64,000 bases of DNA from Balanoglossus misakiensis (taxonomy: Eukaryota > Animalia > Hemichordata), in assembly GCA_040954595.2 (NCBI GenBank), contig CM082579.2, positions 6,437,625-6,501,624 on the forward strand, given 5' to 3'. A model generated the notes under the pieces. The model had not been told where the DNA came from and did no database searches. It saw only the letters and a list, made by a program, of their open reading frames with translations. Positions within the stretch are counted from its first letter, which is position 1, and each line of letters opens with the position of its first letter. Below are positions 1-13,538 of the stretch, one piece after another. The translations under genes were made by a program, and so were the position numbers.

Positions 1-87
1 TAATTCTGACTTCTGCGTTAAGATATCAGTAGGGGGTTCTGATGCGGTCATCGATCAAGTGGAACCGAAGAATGTGGCGGCACTCAC

Positions 88-2123
88 CAGATCTGCATGG
101 GTTGCTGAACTTGTATTTTTCTGACATGCAAATCAGCACTACGTCCGCGCCTTGCACGGCCTCTGCCATTGCTTCCAGCGTAGATCCACCTTAGAGGCAC
201 GAAATGTCAACATTTAGTTCTGTTAGAAAGGGAATGCTTTGTGGGAATACCGGAAAGAATAGTGCACGTATGGATAAATGCATGCACACATAAATACCTA
301 TAAGGTACATGTACATGCGCCACCTGGTTAAATATCAGAAAAAGTCAATCCTACCCATTTTCTCAATATCCATCCAGACGGCATATCCTGCAGACTGTAG
401 TTTCTTTTTCAACTTCACTATCCGCGACTGAACATTCCAACTGTAGCTTATCATCACGTGACCCGTGGAGCCGCCCGACCCCCTGTTGTCTTGCATAGAA
501 GAAAACTCTTCTCTTTGCTGTTCGAGGCTGACTTCTTGTTCTTTAAGTTCCCACAGAGCACCTTCACAAGCCCTCTTCAGTCCAGGGTCCGGTCCACTTT
601 TCAGTTTCTCCAGAGCTTTTGGTGAAAGGAATCGTCAGAGAGAATGTGTTACGAGCTTCAACTTGAACCGTGATTAGCCCTTTTTACGTCCATGATTAGC
701 CTAAGTCAATGCAAATTGCGCCGACTTGAGGAAAGAGTCAATCCGGCATGCGATCTGATTAAAATCAGATGATCGTGATTCCTAGTATTAGTCAATTTGG
801 CATGATGTGTATACAAACCTGTCAGGCACCCCGTCTCCCTTCTTATTTTGTCTTTGTTGTCTTTGTGGAAGGCGAGGGTCCAGAGAGCCGTGGCGGCAAG
901 TCGTTGCTCTTCCAGGCTACATTGCGGTTGTAGTAATTTGACCAGGGACGGTAGAACGCCAGCTCTCACAATTGTGACCTGAAAGATGCAGTAGAGGATT
1001 CGGCGCGAAACAGTGTGTACAATTAACATGAGTCTTTCGCAATTGTCGTAGGCCTAGATAGCTAAATACCTATCGTGGTTCAGTCCACAAATAATTGTTG
1101 TTTGAGAAGTTTTAAAAAATAGGTGCGCGCTGTCTCAATTGGCGCGAATACACTCCTGGTGAGAATACACAGAACACCTGGTGAAACGTGTCCTACCTTG
1201 TTGTCGTCGTTGAACGCCAGCTTCGTCATTCCGTCCACCAGCTCGGTCACGTGAAACCCGTAATCTCCCTCCCTGTGGTCGTCCTCATCCACGGCCGACT
1301 CAAGCACGTTGACGAGAAACTCGATGTTCTCGTTTCCCGCGTTAATCTTGTGGTTCTCCTCGTCGTCGATGATGTAAGACAAGGTGAGGAGGGCCAGCGC
1401 CCTGTAGAGGAGACGGTCGAGCTGCAAGAAGTGCTGCAGCAAGGCCACGGCTTCGGCGTCTCTGAAGTCGCGGCGATTGTCGTTGCACAGCCGTATGCTG
1501 TTGTGCAGAGTGGAGAGCACCAGTTCGAGATAGCTGTCCTGGTCGTAACGTTCTTGTCGCCCGCCGCCGTCGTCGTCTTTCTGCATGCGCCGAAGCTCCC
1601 CGAGCAGGAGTTCTATCAGGCCGGCCTTGCCGACGGCCCTGCACATCACCGCCGACGAGTCGCACGCGTTCCCCAGAACCATCGTCGCCAGTTCCAGCGC
1701 CATGCCCAACTCGTACAAACCCAGCCCTCCGGACTTTTTACCCAGCGTCTGCGCCGAGCGCCACTCTTTGTGCAGCCTGCGGTACAACGCCGGGTAGTCG
1801 CGCTCGACCAAGTAGTTCGAGAATTGTTCGTGCTTCACCGGGGTTTCTGTCATATCGTACAGCTCGTGTAGCTGCGTCAGTTTGTCCAGGGTTTCGTCGT
1901 CATCTTCTTCTTCTGCTTCTTTACTTTCGCTCGCCAACTTTGTCTTGCTCCCGAGAAATTCCAGGATGGTGTCTATGGTGCCCGTTTTCTCCTCGATCAA
2001 ACTGTAATCTCGCGGGTTCTCGTAAGCGTCCGGGCTTTCGTCCCCCTTTTCCGTCGGCCCAGGTGTTGACCCTCCCGATCCCTTGGCGTTGATAAGTTTC
2101 GCCGTACTTGGTGAACACCCCAT
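88..2123 (-). CDS. Armadillo-repeat + TIR-domain protein with N-terminal myristoylation motif (partial, 3' end beyond window start)
   Basis: Exons 2123-1197, 978-819, 615-355, 189-88 with GT-AG junctions in consistent phase. N-terminus MGCSPS. Helical ARM-like repeats (…ATALWTLAFHKDNK…, …ACEGALWEL). TIR_2-like domain GHVMISYSWNVQSRIVKLKKKLQSAGYAVWMDIEKMGGSTLEAMAEAVQGADVVLICMSEKYKFSNPCRS. Confidence 0.88.
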
Positions 2124-4313
2124 TCTGTGCGCCTCATTTACGCGGAACGAGACTCGTACATTCACTTCACACACAAAAAACAGGCGAAATTTACGACCAT
2201 TTACGATTACTGGTGGACCACATCAGATAAACTGTTGCCGAAAAAAATAACATATAGTAATAGCATCAATATGTTTTTGGGATAAATTGTCTGAATGGTG
2301 ATATTCTGTGTAATGGCATTATTGTCTGACAATCAACACATGGCTCTTCATGTTAACGGCAGAAAAGGTGCATTTTTGTTAAATTCTGCACATATTCCAG
2401 TTTCATACAAAGATTGACTGTATTACTTGGCTACCAGTCGGTTGCTAAGGCTAAGGATATATATATATTCCTGATCTCATCATCCGCGCGCACGGGGCGT
2501 TTGCTCGACTTCAATCTCTCATTTATAACTAGATGTTTTCGGAGAGCCTCGGGCTGTCCGGACAAAAGACCCTGGCAAGCTGAGGGATGGTGCCATGACC
2601 TTGAACTACAGCCAACCGTGCTTCACAAGACAAATAGCAATTGCACGTTCATGAATATAGGCCTAAAAAGTTTTGCAAGAGGAAGTGATTACCAAGTTCT
2701 GGGATGTTTTACAACACGAGGCAGTTTTATGGTTCCTGTCCGAGAAAGTTGTGCAATGCGATAGAGGTGGGCCGCAGAAGTGCCTACAAGGCATTCGATT
2801 GTACATTGTATATCGTCGGCGCCATGCTTAACAACAGGTAAACAATTGCCGCACACAAATGAACATGACATTGCAAGGCTTTTCGCTCGCGGGGAAGGCC
2901 CTGCCGTAGACTACAGTGCAGGTCGCTATCATCAGCATGCAAGGGTGGTACGGCACGGAATGTGTGCGTTTTTTAAATCATGCACTCGTGGTATTCAGTG
3001 CTGATTGCTGCCTAAACACATGGATGTATCGCTATGGTATAACCACAGGTGTGTTAAAAGGCTGTGCATATGGCGGTATACCTGTATTCGTTCAATCACA
3101 TTCCCTGTAACAGAGGGACTGCGGTTCAATGACTCTATAGAGCGCTGTGAACGCAAGCACGTAGGCCTATAACAGAATATGAAAAGTCCGAGCGAATAAA
3201 CAATTTTACCCTCGGTGTCCATATTTGCTTTCAAAACCGTTATGTCAAATCCGTCACGGGTCATAATAAGGTTACGTTTACCCACGCTGCAGTCTTATCG
3301 GTGTTTACCGCCCGTTATCTGATATTGCACATGAATCGACCATGATACAACAGACTCGCAGCACACCTACCCGACTGAGAAATGTTAATCTGCTGGTTTA
3401 ACGATTGTCCATTCCCCTGTCCTCTTCAGAGCATCGCGGACTATGTGCATGTACATGTACTTCCGTGTCTGAAGATGTGAAAAACACACTGACTGGTTTC
3501 ACGTGATTGATATATTACAATAATGGAAGGACAGTTGCTAAGGCGTAGGTCAGGAGTTCAAGACGTACATGTACGTGTATATACAAACTGGTCGCGCTAT
3601 ATTGTATAATGGATAGGTATAGTATGCGCCTCGCTGACAAATGATTGTGCTCAATACCGTCTATTCCTTTGCTGTATAAAGGTGTGTGACGAGTAGCCCA
3701 ATTTTGTAAAAAGAAGTTAATAGGTCTTCACCGTTCTGTAAATAAATTAATACTTTTAATTTTCTCTTGATGTACCAATGCACGCCATTACTTCAAGTAA
3801 TCCAATGGTGTGTATGCACGCAGCCTGATACTTATATTGTGTTTTACGGTTGAATTTTTTTTGCAATAAGCTGTGTAAATATGATATTTGACAAGGACTT
3901 CTGATTAGGGATGGATATTATTACAGTTATTTCACACTGATCGGCTTCCTTGGAGGAGTTGATATGATGGTCGTGAAGGCCAAGCTTCGGACAGGCCGCA
4001 ACGTTTACCCATCCGTCGTCTAAAGTTTGGTGACTATTAAATAACCATGAAGCCCAATCCATCACGTGATAGTTTACGGTAATCATACGTTTATTTTTTT
4101 ATATCAAGAACATATCAAGCGCATGCTCAGAAAGACTTTTACGGAGATGTTATCTTGCTAATTGTCCCTCACGGTCACAAAAGACGAATCTAAAGTCCAA
4201 AACGTGCACTGGAGACTGTGCCTGTGGAGGTGGAGGTCGAATTGTGGGAGGCGCCGTGTCATAGAGAGCAACATCAGAATAAGATTCAAGACCACGTCAA
4301 GTTGGATTCAATT

Positions 4314-6901
4314 ATGTCTCAGATACCGCTGATAGACTTTGAGGCCTATTCTCTCGGGCGCGATCAACCGGACCGCAGTAAACTGGAAAAACTCGTGTCG
4401 GATATCGATGACGCGTTCAAGTCTGATGGCATTGCATTGATAATCAACCACGGGATACGCAAGGATCAGGTACATATTTCAATTCCAAATTTCCAAATTT
4501 CCTATCGGGTTCATACTGCGTCATTACTGTACATGCACGCCCCCATGGCCACCTGTGTGAGGTCACGGTAGACAAGGGCACGTACAGATCAAAAGTCCAC
4601 ATTTCTACGTCACCATGTATGTGTAAATTATATCCCATAATTGTTTTACTTCATCGGATACGAAATGGTTTTACGGCTCGAAGTTGCACTGCTCCGCGAA
4701 AACCTCTCGCATACGATGACGTCAAATAAAGAAAAAAATCATGGGATTACATATTAAAAGTCACTGACCTTTTTGGTCTCTTTACGTACAAGCTAGCTAA
4801 AATTCAAAATTAAAATCGCCATGAATTAGCCAATGAGTCATCTGGCTGTAGCATATTCATACTGTGCCCATCTTCGCTTGGGAGACTTTTGTCGAGCCAA
4901 CGACCCTTGCGAGCGGACAATGTACTGTGTCCTGCGAAATCAAGATTAGCCAATGCTTTGAATCAAGCATTTGCCAATAGAAACATGTTGAGTAGTTTAT
5001 TACCCATTAACTGATTTTCAGATCGAGCTTGCTTTCCGTCATTTTGAAGATTTTGTTAAGCTTCCAGCAGAGACCAAGGGGAAGTATGCCCGGGAAGAAG
5101 GCATGATCCACGGTTACCTTGGCAAGGAAACAGAAACGTAAGTGATCAAAACAGAACAACTAACATGGTCCAGTGGATAATTTACACTACACTTCGCGTT
5201 TGACAGAATGTAAGTTTATGTATTTTATTCTAAAAACGTTGCACCGAACTACCACACATTTACCAACGAGGACAACAGAACAAAACATGTCGACACTAAC
5301 TGTAAAACTGCATCTATCAAGTCTCCCTCCCACCCTCCCCCCCCCCCTCTCTCTCTCTATCTCTCTGCTCTCACTCACCCCTATCCCCTCGTCACATCTT
5401 TTCCTGACCCTTCACAGTCACTTTCATCTCCTTCAGGTTAAGTCTCAAAGGCAGGCCCTTACCAGACTACAAGGAGGCCTACAATTACTATCCACCTATG
5501 GGAAAGCACGTAAGCAATTGTCATTGCACGACCTTAAATGTTTTGTAAATTTTGACACTTTGAGTCTGCATTGTCTAATCAAGGATCGAACAACGAAGTA
5601 CATGGGGAAACGTACTCCGGACCCATACTCTTAAAGGTCCTCTGTTACTGTAGTCTTTGTATCAACCACACATTTTCCTTAATCAGCTACTGTACAGTGT
5701 TATCGCGTGTACATGTAGAATTGTATTGCATACAGATAACAGTAAACCTTTAACATACAGTACCAACTATTCATGTATTAATACTCTGCATGCGGTCTCT
5801 ACGTTTCAGTTGGTTTTTGACAAGGAGGTTCCTGGGGCTGGAGACCACATGTTCATGATTTGGAACGAGATGAGAAAGCTGCTCATGAGATTTCTTGAAC
5901 TTGTGTCAATGGCTGGTGAATTTGATGTAAGTCAAGGTTCTACACCAGAAAATGTCGAGTCACTGTGAATTATGGGAGTCTGTGTGAACGACTATGGCGC
6001 TCTGTTGCTCTATTTATGACATATTGGGAAGACTATGACGGAAACGCTGATCAGTCTGCTGCGTGTGCTTATATAATATACTTCTGAAAGCTGCCATGAA
6101 AGTACAAAACAAGTATATCCTGTGGTTCTATTTTCTCGTCCACAGTTTGCAACTATTCGGGATTTGCACCGTGGACTAACTGGTGAATCGTCGTCCACTC
6201 CAAACAACTCAACCTTAAGATATCTGTTTTACCCGGCCCTGGAAGACGGCAAGCCGCCGAAAGACCGGCAGGTCCGATTTTCAGAACACACCGATTATGG
6301 GACGATCAGTTTTGTGGCCACGAGTGATGTTGGTGGTTTCGAGGTATGTAGATGCGACCCTTTACACCGAACACACTATCTTATAATTTAGGGTTTACCG
6401 TGCGCAAGTCTCTATCTATAATCCCCGGGGGTGATGATTATGGTGGTGGTGATTATGATGATATTCTTCATTCCCCCTTGCTTTCATTATTTCCTTGATT
6501 GTTTCTCTCGACAGTTCCAGAGCAGATCCGGAGAATGGATGCCAGTCCCGCCTCACCCAGATGCTTTGATTGTGCTGTGTTCAAACTGCCTTGAGCGCTT
6601 CACAGCCGACCGATATCGAGCAGTGGTGAGCTGCTTACGAGAAATTCCTAAAGTTGTAATTGTCACAAGATGGAACGTATGAAATGTTAAAGTTCTCTCG
6701 CCTCTTCTTTCTTCACAGCTACACCGTGGGGTTTTCGTCGATGGCAACGACAGCTACACTGATCGACTGGCCCTCGCTTTCTTCGGCACTCCAGACGACT
6801 CGGCTAAGGTCGGATGCCTCGATGGGAACCCGAAATACGAGGCAGTAACCTACGAGACATACTTGAAACAACTTTTCTTTGAAAAATTCGAGGGATATTG
6901 A
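4314..6901 (+). CDS. 2-oxoglutarate/Fe(II)-dependent dioxygenase (DIOX_N + 2OG-FeII_Oxy, isopenicillin N synthase-like)
   Basis: Exons 4314-4469, 5022-5137, 5437-5509, 5810-5926, 6146-6343, 6515-6625, 6719-6901. Motifs IPLIDF…LIINHGI, HGYLG..E, DYKEAY, TLRYLFYP, Fe ligands EHTDYGT and LHR. Confidence 0.9.
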
Positions 6902-7381
6902 TGATAACCCAAACCCGGGTTAGAAGAGACATTGAATGATCTGGCGCCCAGTATCAGCATTGTCGATCAACAAAGTTATTTGACAATAGACAACTAATAT
7001 GCGTTTAGAAAATAAACATACATGTATACCACAGCCTGCACGTACACAGTGTTCGTTGTCGGATAATGTCGCGAAAATAATAATCAGATTACCAAGTACT
7101 ATAAGTTCATTTGGACCCATCGGCCACAGGCCTTGGGCCCCAATAAACCGTCGGGAGAATCTGACTACTTTTGTTTTTATGCTCATGTATCCTCGGTGAG
7201 GGCGCTACTTCAGTGGTACTCGGCCAGTGTAGTGGTCAGCTGATCGAAGAAACATACACGGAAGAGGGAGTACCCGGGGAGTGTGACAGGGGAAGATCAG
7301 GGTTTGGGTTTAATAAGACCACCGACAGTTGCGTGCCCTTTCCAACAGCTTCGCCTGTTAATGCTATCACTCAGCTCCATC

Positions 7382-10314
7382 ATGTACAAAGTCAGTCCCG
7401 CGTACAGTCCATTGGTTGTGGCTTTCGTTATGTGCTATATCGCCAGCACCGTGGCGTCCCAAGGTCAGGATTAGCTTTACAATTACATTTTTTATAAATG
7501 TATAACTTTTATTTTTTTAAAAGTTTATGCGTGTTCAGAATTGACAGACGGACAAAAGAGCCCGCAAAACTGTACAGTGTGAACATCTACTGTCTATGGT
7601 TAAACTTTCTGTTTGAATTGAACATACTATCCTCTTTCTAAATTTTGTCAACTAATAATATTTTCCCTCACTTAATCAGCCAGCCAACCAAATGTACTCT
7701 TCATTGTCGTTGATGACCTGAGGCCAACCCTTGGTTGCTATGGTAACATAATGAGATATTTTACCCCAAATATTGACCAACTGGCTGCAAAATCGGTGAA
7801 ATTCACTAATGCCCATGTACAGGTGAGTCCTGCAAATTCCTACCCGTATTTTTCTCACAATATACTTTGTATGGATTGCAGGTATTTCCTTCTTGTATTA
7901 AACATAGTTCTCTAATTCTGTGAACTAAAAAAAGGATCAAATTTAAAAAGGGCATTAGACTCGTCCTGGAAAAATACTTCTTGGTTTTAACATAACTTAG
8001 GAACAACTTTGTTTTGTATTTTGGACAACATTATTTTTTTTTTCTCTTTGGCCGGTGATAATCAAGCAAGCTGTATGCGCTCCCAGTCGCGTCTCGTTCT
8101 TGACCGGACGACGGCCTGACACCACACGACTGTACGACTTCTATTCCTACTGGAGGGAAGAGGCTGGCAATTTCACCACCCTTCCCCAACATTTCAAGGA
8201 GAGCGGTTACTTCACGGCGTCTGTCGGAAAAGTTTTCCATCCGGGTAGTGTTCCACTCTCATTTTTTAGGGTGTGCCCATGTTTTGATGTTTTGTTCATA
8301 TTCATATCAATTTCACAACCTTGATCTGTAAAGTCTTCAAGTTTTAAACCACTCCAGTTTTATTTTACAGGAATAGCCTCGAATTACACAGATGACTATC
8401 CGTACAGCTGGTCAGTTCCTGCCTACCACCCTCCGACGGAAAAATACAAAATGCACAAGGTAGGAGGAATATCCACGAGATATTATCGTCCATTATACAT
8501 CAGTCTAATAACACTGAAACAATTGACTATACATGACCATTTGTACCATACTGATATCCTGGGATATCTAATAAGTCAATACGAGAAAGTTCAAAATTAA
8601 GCTCATCATTGCTTTCTGGTACAACTCATATATGTAGACAACAAATACGTTGGAACTGCATCATTGCAGGTTTTCCGTTTCTATATATAGGTGTGCCCAG
8701 GTGTAGACGGTAAACTGTACATGAATTTAGTGTGCCCGGTCGATGTGAAGACCCAACCCGAGGGCTCCCTGCCGGATATACAGAGCACACAACATGCCAT
8801 GGAAATCCTGCGGAATTTGTCCGCAACACAACGGAAGAGTGCCGCTGATCGCCCGGAAGCCAAGAAGCCGTTCTTCCTGGCCGTGGGTTACCACAAACCC
8901 CACATTCCACTGAAGTATCCCAAAGAATTCCGGGACCTGTATCCGTTGGGGTCCATCACGCCAGCGCCAGATCCCAGCTACCCGCCGAAGTTTCCGCACG
9001 TGGCCTGGAATCCGTGGACTGACGTGCGCAAGAGGGATGACGTCAAGGCGCTGAATGTCAGTTTTCCCTACGGGCCGATACCGTCAGATTTTCAGGTAAG
9101 AAAGGGGTGCTTCAAATGAAGGTTGATCCAACCAGTGAAATTTTGGTGACCTTAAACCTCTAATTTTGCTTCTCAATTTCTGTGTGTGTTTCAGTTGCTG
9201 ATCAGACAGAGTTACTATGCGGCTACTACGTACATGGACAGCTTGGTTGGTCAGTTGCTGTCGAGCCTGGACCGATACGGTTTCTCTGACAACACTGTGG
9301 TTGTGTTAGTCGGTGATCACGGTGGGTATCGATAAACATCAGGGACATTTATGTGAAGAGGGGATTAATGGCCTCCTTAATAAAACTTCAATAAATTTGC
9401 CTTAGGTTAGAGCTGTTCCATCTTGCAACTTTCATGCTGTGAATGTGGAGTAATGACAATGATTTTGCTTTGTTATTTTGTTTTGTTCTGTTCTCACAGG
9501 TTGGTCGCTGGGAGAACACCAGGAATGGGCCAAGTACAGCAATTTTCAGGTGGCAACCAGAGTGCCCCTACTCGTCCATGTGCCAGGCGTGACCGACCGA
9601 CTACAGCAACAGATGTCGCTCCAAAAATTTCCTTTCATAAATGCATTGAAGAGGTCGGAGCCCAGCAAGGGACGATTTGACAGGACTGAGGATGTGTGGG
9701 AATGGAGATACCCCGGGAAGGAAATGGATAAATTTGTCTCGGCAGACGCAGGAAGTGTTTCGGACCTTGCACGTGCACAGGAAGCATATCGGAGACGGAG
9801 ACAGGAACTCGCGAGTGCCCACCACGTCGAGCTGGTGGATTTATTTCCGAGTCTATCGGACATTTGCGGGTTGAAAGTTCCGCCTCTGTGCCCGAGAGAT
9901 TCGTCCAAAATCGAACTGTGCACCGAGGGGTTGAGTTTTCTGCCGCTCATCGAGGGCTTAGCAAACGCGCGAGGGAACGGTTCCCTTCAAGTGTCGTGGA
10001 AAAACGCGTCGTTCAGTCAGTACCCGCGACCGTCGGACGAGCCGCAGGAAAACAGCGATCTGCCGCACCTGATGGACATCGAAATCATGGGCTACTCCAT
10101 GGTGACCGACTTGTACCATTACGTGGAGTGGATCCGTTTCGATCCGCTGACGTTTTCCGGGCGATGGGACGATGTGCATTCCAGGGAGTTGTACATCCTG
10201 GAGAGTGATCCGCTGGAAGACGACAACGTAGCCGGAGAACCCCGGCATCAGAGTCTCGTCAAGGAATTGTCTGTTCTGTTACAAGAAGGATGGAGAAATG
10301 CCTTGCCATTGTAG
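7382..10314 (+). CDS. IDS: Iduronate 2-sulfatase (lysosomal sulfatase)
   Basis: Exons 7382-7463 (signal peptide), 7680-7822, 8067-8244, 8371-8459, 8691-9095, 9195-9321, 9500-10314. Motifs [38 protein letters not shown] (CxPxR formylglycine motif), [45 protein letters not shown]. Confidence 0.96.
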
Positions 10315-12001
10315 CTACGTAGAGACCATGAGACACACTAACTGTACATGCAGTATCTTCCCCAACAATACGGGTGTGCCTTCTACAAAACAACATTAAC
10401 ACGATTGTTGAAGGCTTTTATAACCATGGTCACACTGTGTGTCACCATGATCTGGACATATTTTAATATTAGGATAAAAAAATGAAAAACGAAAATATTC
10501 TGTTCAACTTTTATTGCAAATTCCACTCACTCACAAAATAACACTTCACGTTAAAAACTCTTGAGTTTGTGTCTCCAGGAGCAGTGCGTGCATAACAGAG
10601 AGGGCAGTAGTTGTATGTATTGTCAGGTTCCAAAAACCAAGTTATTCTCCTGGAAGGGATGAAACAAAATATAGGTCATCTTGTTAAAAAATGTGTACTC
10701 TTTTTTTTTAAGTTTTTACTTGTACAGCTACTGCAGCGTTGACATCAAAAGGATGGTGCCAAAAATAAAGATGGGAGAATTTGACAAAATGAAATTGCTC
10801 TGGCCTATATTATTTCTTTCTCCTTTCTACATTTCACTTTAGGTATTCCTTCCCTAAGCATACACACTAAGAAGCCTGCGTAATTAGCACTACTTGTAAC
10901 CTTCACAGAGTTGACAACTTTACTAGCAAAATACAGTAGTAACACATTTGAAATTGGCTCCTTCTTAGATTATCCCTGAGTTTGGCTCTAATTAGTAATT
11001 ATGACAACTCGTACTGGCATTTACTTTCAATTTCTACAGCTGCAAACATGTTTGTTACACAAACAACAAAGTGCAACAATTGGGCACCTTTTAAATCAGT
11101 TTAACTCTTGTGCCTGGAAACGCTGTTACAGATCACCTAGTGACCCTGACATGGATTTTATTGGAATGTCAATATGCCCCTCTGTGAAAACAATGCCTCC
11201 ATTACCTGCATTGAAGGGAGTTTCATGAGCGTAACCCTTTCACCCCCAAACAATAGTGGTGAAAGGGTTCAATTAAGATACCAAACACAGGATTGTGAAC
11301 ATAACCCTGTATCTCAGATATCGATGGTATTGACGTGGCTATTTGTTGAAACCAAATCACATTAAACACTACAGCAACTATGAGTGGTGTACTTTACAAA
11401 AAGTGCAATTACAAAAGCACTAAAGCTAAAATGCAGCCATTTACAAGCCATACAGACAATCAAGCAGCTAAATTGTTTTTACCACCATAGAAAACCACTC
11501 TCAATTTAACACCAATTAAGTCAAAGTTGAGCATTTTACAATGAACCTTTCAGTGTATTTGCATGCTTCTGCAAACTTGATTTGTTTTTTGCTTTTTATT
11601 CGTCTGATCAGGGTTCAATTCAGAAAGGTTTCCATGGTGATGGAATGACACTGTTGTATCAAGAGAAGCTCAAAGTCGAAAAATGTGCGTTCAAGTTACC
11701 GACAAACCACATACTGGTAGTATACAATGTAAAATTAATATTTGGAAATTTCACAAACTTGTATACAGTAGAGCACTCTCACGTGTTTCAAGCTAGATGG
11801 CATATCAAGTTGCTGTGCAGCGGTCATCCACTGCATGTACCATAAGGACTCGAGCTCTGTCCTGTCAGCCAGAAAACTATCTCTCGGAAGATTTCGTAAA
11901 CTTTGAGCTTTCTACGACACAACCACCACCATTCCAAGCAGCACCAGCAAGAAACACTACACGTGCACGCATCTGCCATGCGCTTATCGCTTCCAAAGCA
12001 A

Positions 12002-12881
12002 TCACACACGCCGGGTGACAAACGCTTTCAGTTCGTCCGGCCTCAGACCTTGATCTATACCGGGTTTGGGAGTGTCCTGCATCATGGAGACGGTGTAGCC
12101 GTTCTCGTACAGGTAGAGTCTCCTCATGCCCTCAAAGGTTGCAAACATGAAGCCGTGGTACGGGACAACCTGTGAGAAGAGACAGGATTTCGGGTAAGCG
12201 TTGGTCAATACCAAGGCAAAAAATACCACTGGGCTGGAAATAAGAATACTACACAGCTAAAATATGTCAGCTTCTCAAATTCTGCAAAGTGCAAGATCTG
12301 AGGTCAAATGTCACATAAAACATGTGCCACTCTTCAAGCACTTGCCTTCAGTAAATTAGCCGTCAGTCCTCGCCACAAGCCCATCACACCGTATTGCTGG
12401 AAAACGACCCTAAATCCTGTTATCATACCATAGAATCGCACGTCTGTTCCACCGCCATTGGGCAAAACTCTACTCTGGGCCTGGAAAAGTGAAAGTTCAC
12501 AAACATTAGTCCTCTTTAAGACTGACTTGTAGATACTGGTAGTGCATGAAAGAAATCAGAAATCACTTGAACTCTGACAGAAGTTTGCATTATTCACTCT
12601 GTCCACTCTTTTCACACACAATACCCACTTGTAACTTTTTCCTGATGGTATCGAAGGGATATGATGCAGTCTGTGCAAAGGCAGCTGCTATACATCCCAT
12701 GAAGAAATTTTCCATTGGAGTCAGCATGTATCTTGGTTTTCTCCACACCATCTCTTGGAGTATTTCATAACCCCAGAAGTAGGTAGCTGCAAATGGTATT
12801 GTGCCTGAAACAGAAAAAAAGAATTCAGTGAAAACGGTTCATTTTCTGTTACCGGGATTTTGTGTGATTCTCTATACATGC

Positions 12882-12949
<68 letters not shown>

Positions 12950-13538
12950 CATGATGATGATCATGATCATGATGCAATGTGACGTGACAGAAGTAGTCTA
13001 AATGCAACTTACCCATGAGCGAGGTGAACATTCCTCTGTAAAAGGCGAAGAATCCTTCTTGTCGCGAAATCATCCTGAACGCGTGAACTATGCCCCGATA
13101 ATATCGCTTGTCGCGTGGGTAAATGCGCTGCGCTATAAGTCTAGTTTTGACCATATCGGTGGGATATGTGACCACGATGGCGACAGCGCCGCCAAGGGTA
13201 CCTGCCACAAGAGCATCCACAGCGCTCAAACGTCCATAGTTGTCCTGGAGACGTTCCCTGAAGTAATTGAACGCGGCGAACTGAACAGCTGAGAAGGGAA
13301 ACAGTTTGATGCATCCCATGAGATTTCCCTTCCAGAATGCCCTAATCCCTTCCCTCCTGTACACATTCGGGAATGTCCGCAGAAACCCTCGTTTGGTTTC
13401 CTTCGTGCCGACCTGGGCCAAGATCTTCACAACATCGAGGGGGGAGGTCAGCGTTCTGCTGGCGATGCCTGCAAGCCCTCCACAGGCAAAATTCTGAAAA
13501 TGCGTGAGTCTGTGATCTCTGTTCGGCCTGCCAACCAT
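12002..13538 (-). CDS. SLC25A43: Mitochondrial carrier, solute carrier family 25 member 43
   Basis: Exons 13538-13013, 12804-12629, 12480-12346, 12169-12002. Three Px(D/E)xx(K/R) carrier signatures (PLDVVKI, PTDMVKT, PFDTIRK). The C-terminal extension LYENGY…PGIDQGLRPDEL is typical of SLC25A43. Intron 3 has a GC donor. Confidence 0.9.
12882..12974. repeat. (ATG)n/(CAT)n microsatellite in SLC25A43 intron 1
   Basis: About 30 slightly imperfect ATG units, directly visible. Confidence 0.95.

Noticed and set aside
1188-1871. 227-aa plus-strand ORF, and similar long antisense ORFs at 56167-57772
   Set aside because: Antisense shadows of GC-rich coding exons, with no independent motifs.
4314-6901. 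Idea that the 2OG dioxygenase (or IDS) is a tailoring enzyme for the peptide cluster, RiPP-style
   Set aside because: It is more than 25 kb away and separated by housekeeping genes. It has no signal peptide, whereas the peptides enter the secretory pathway. Nothing in the sequence links them.
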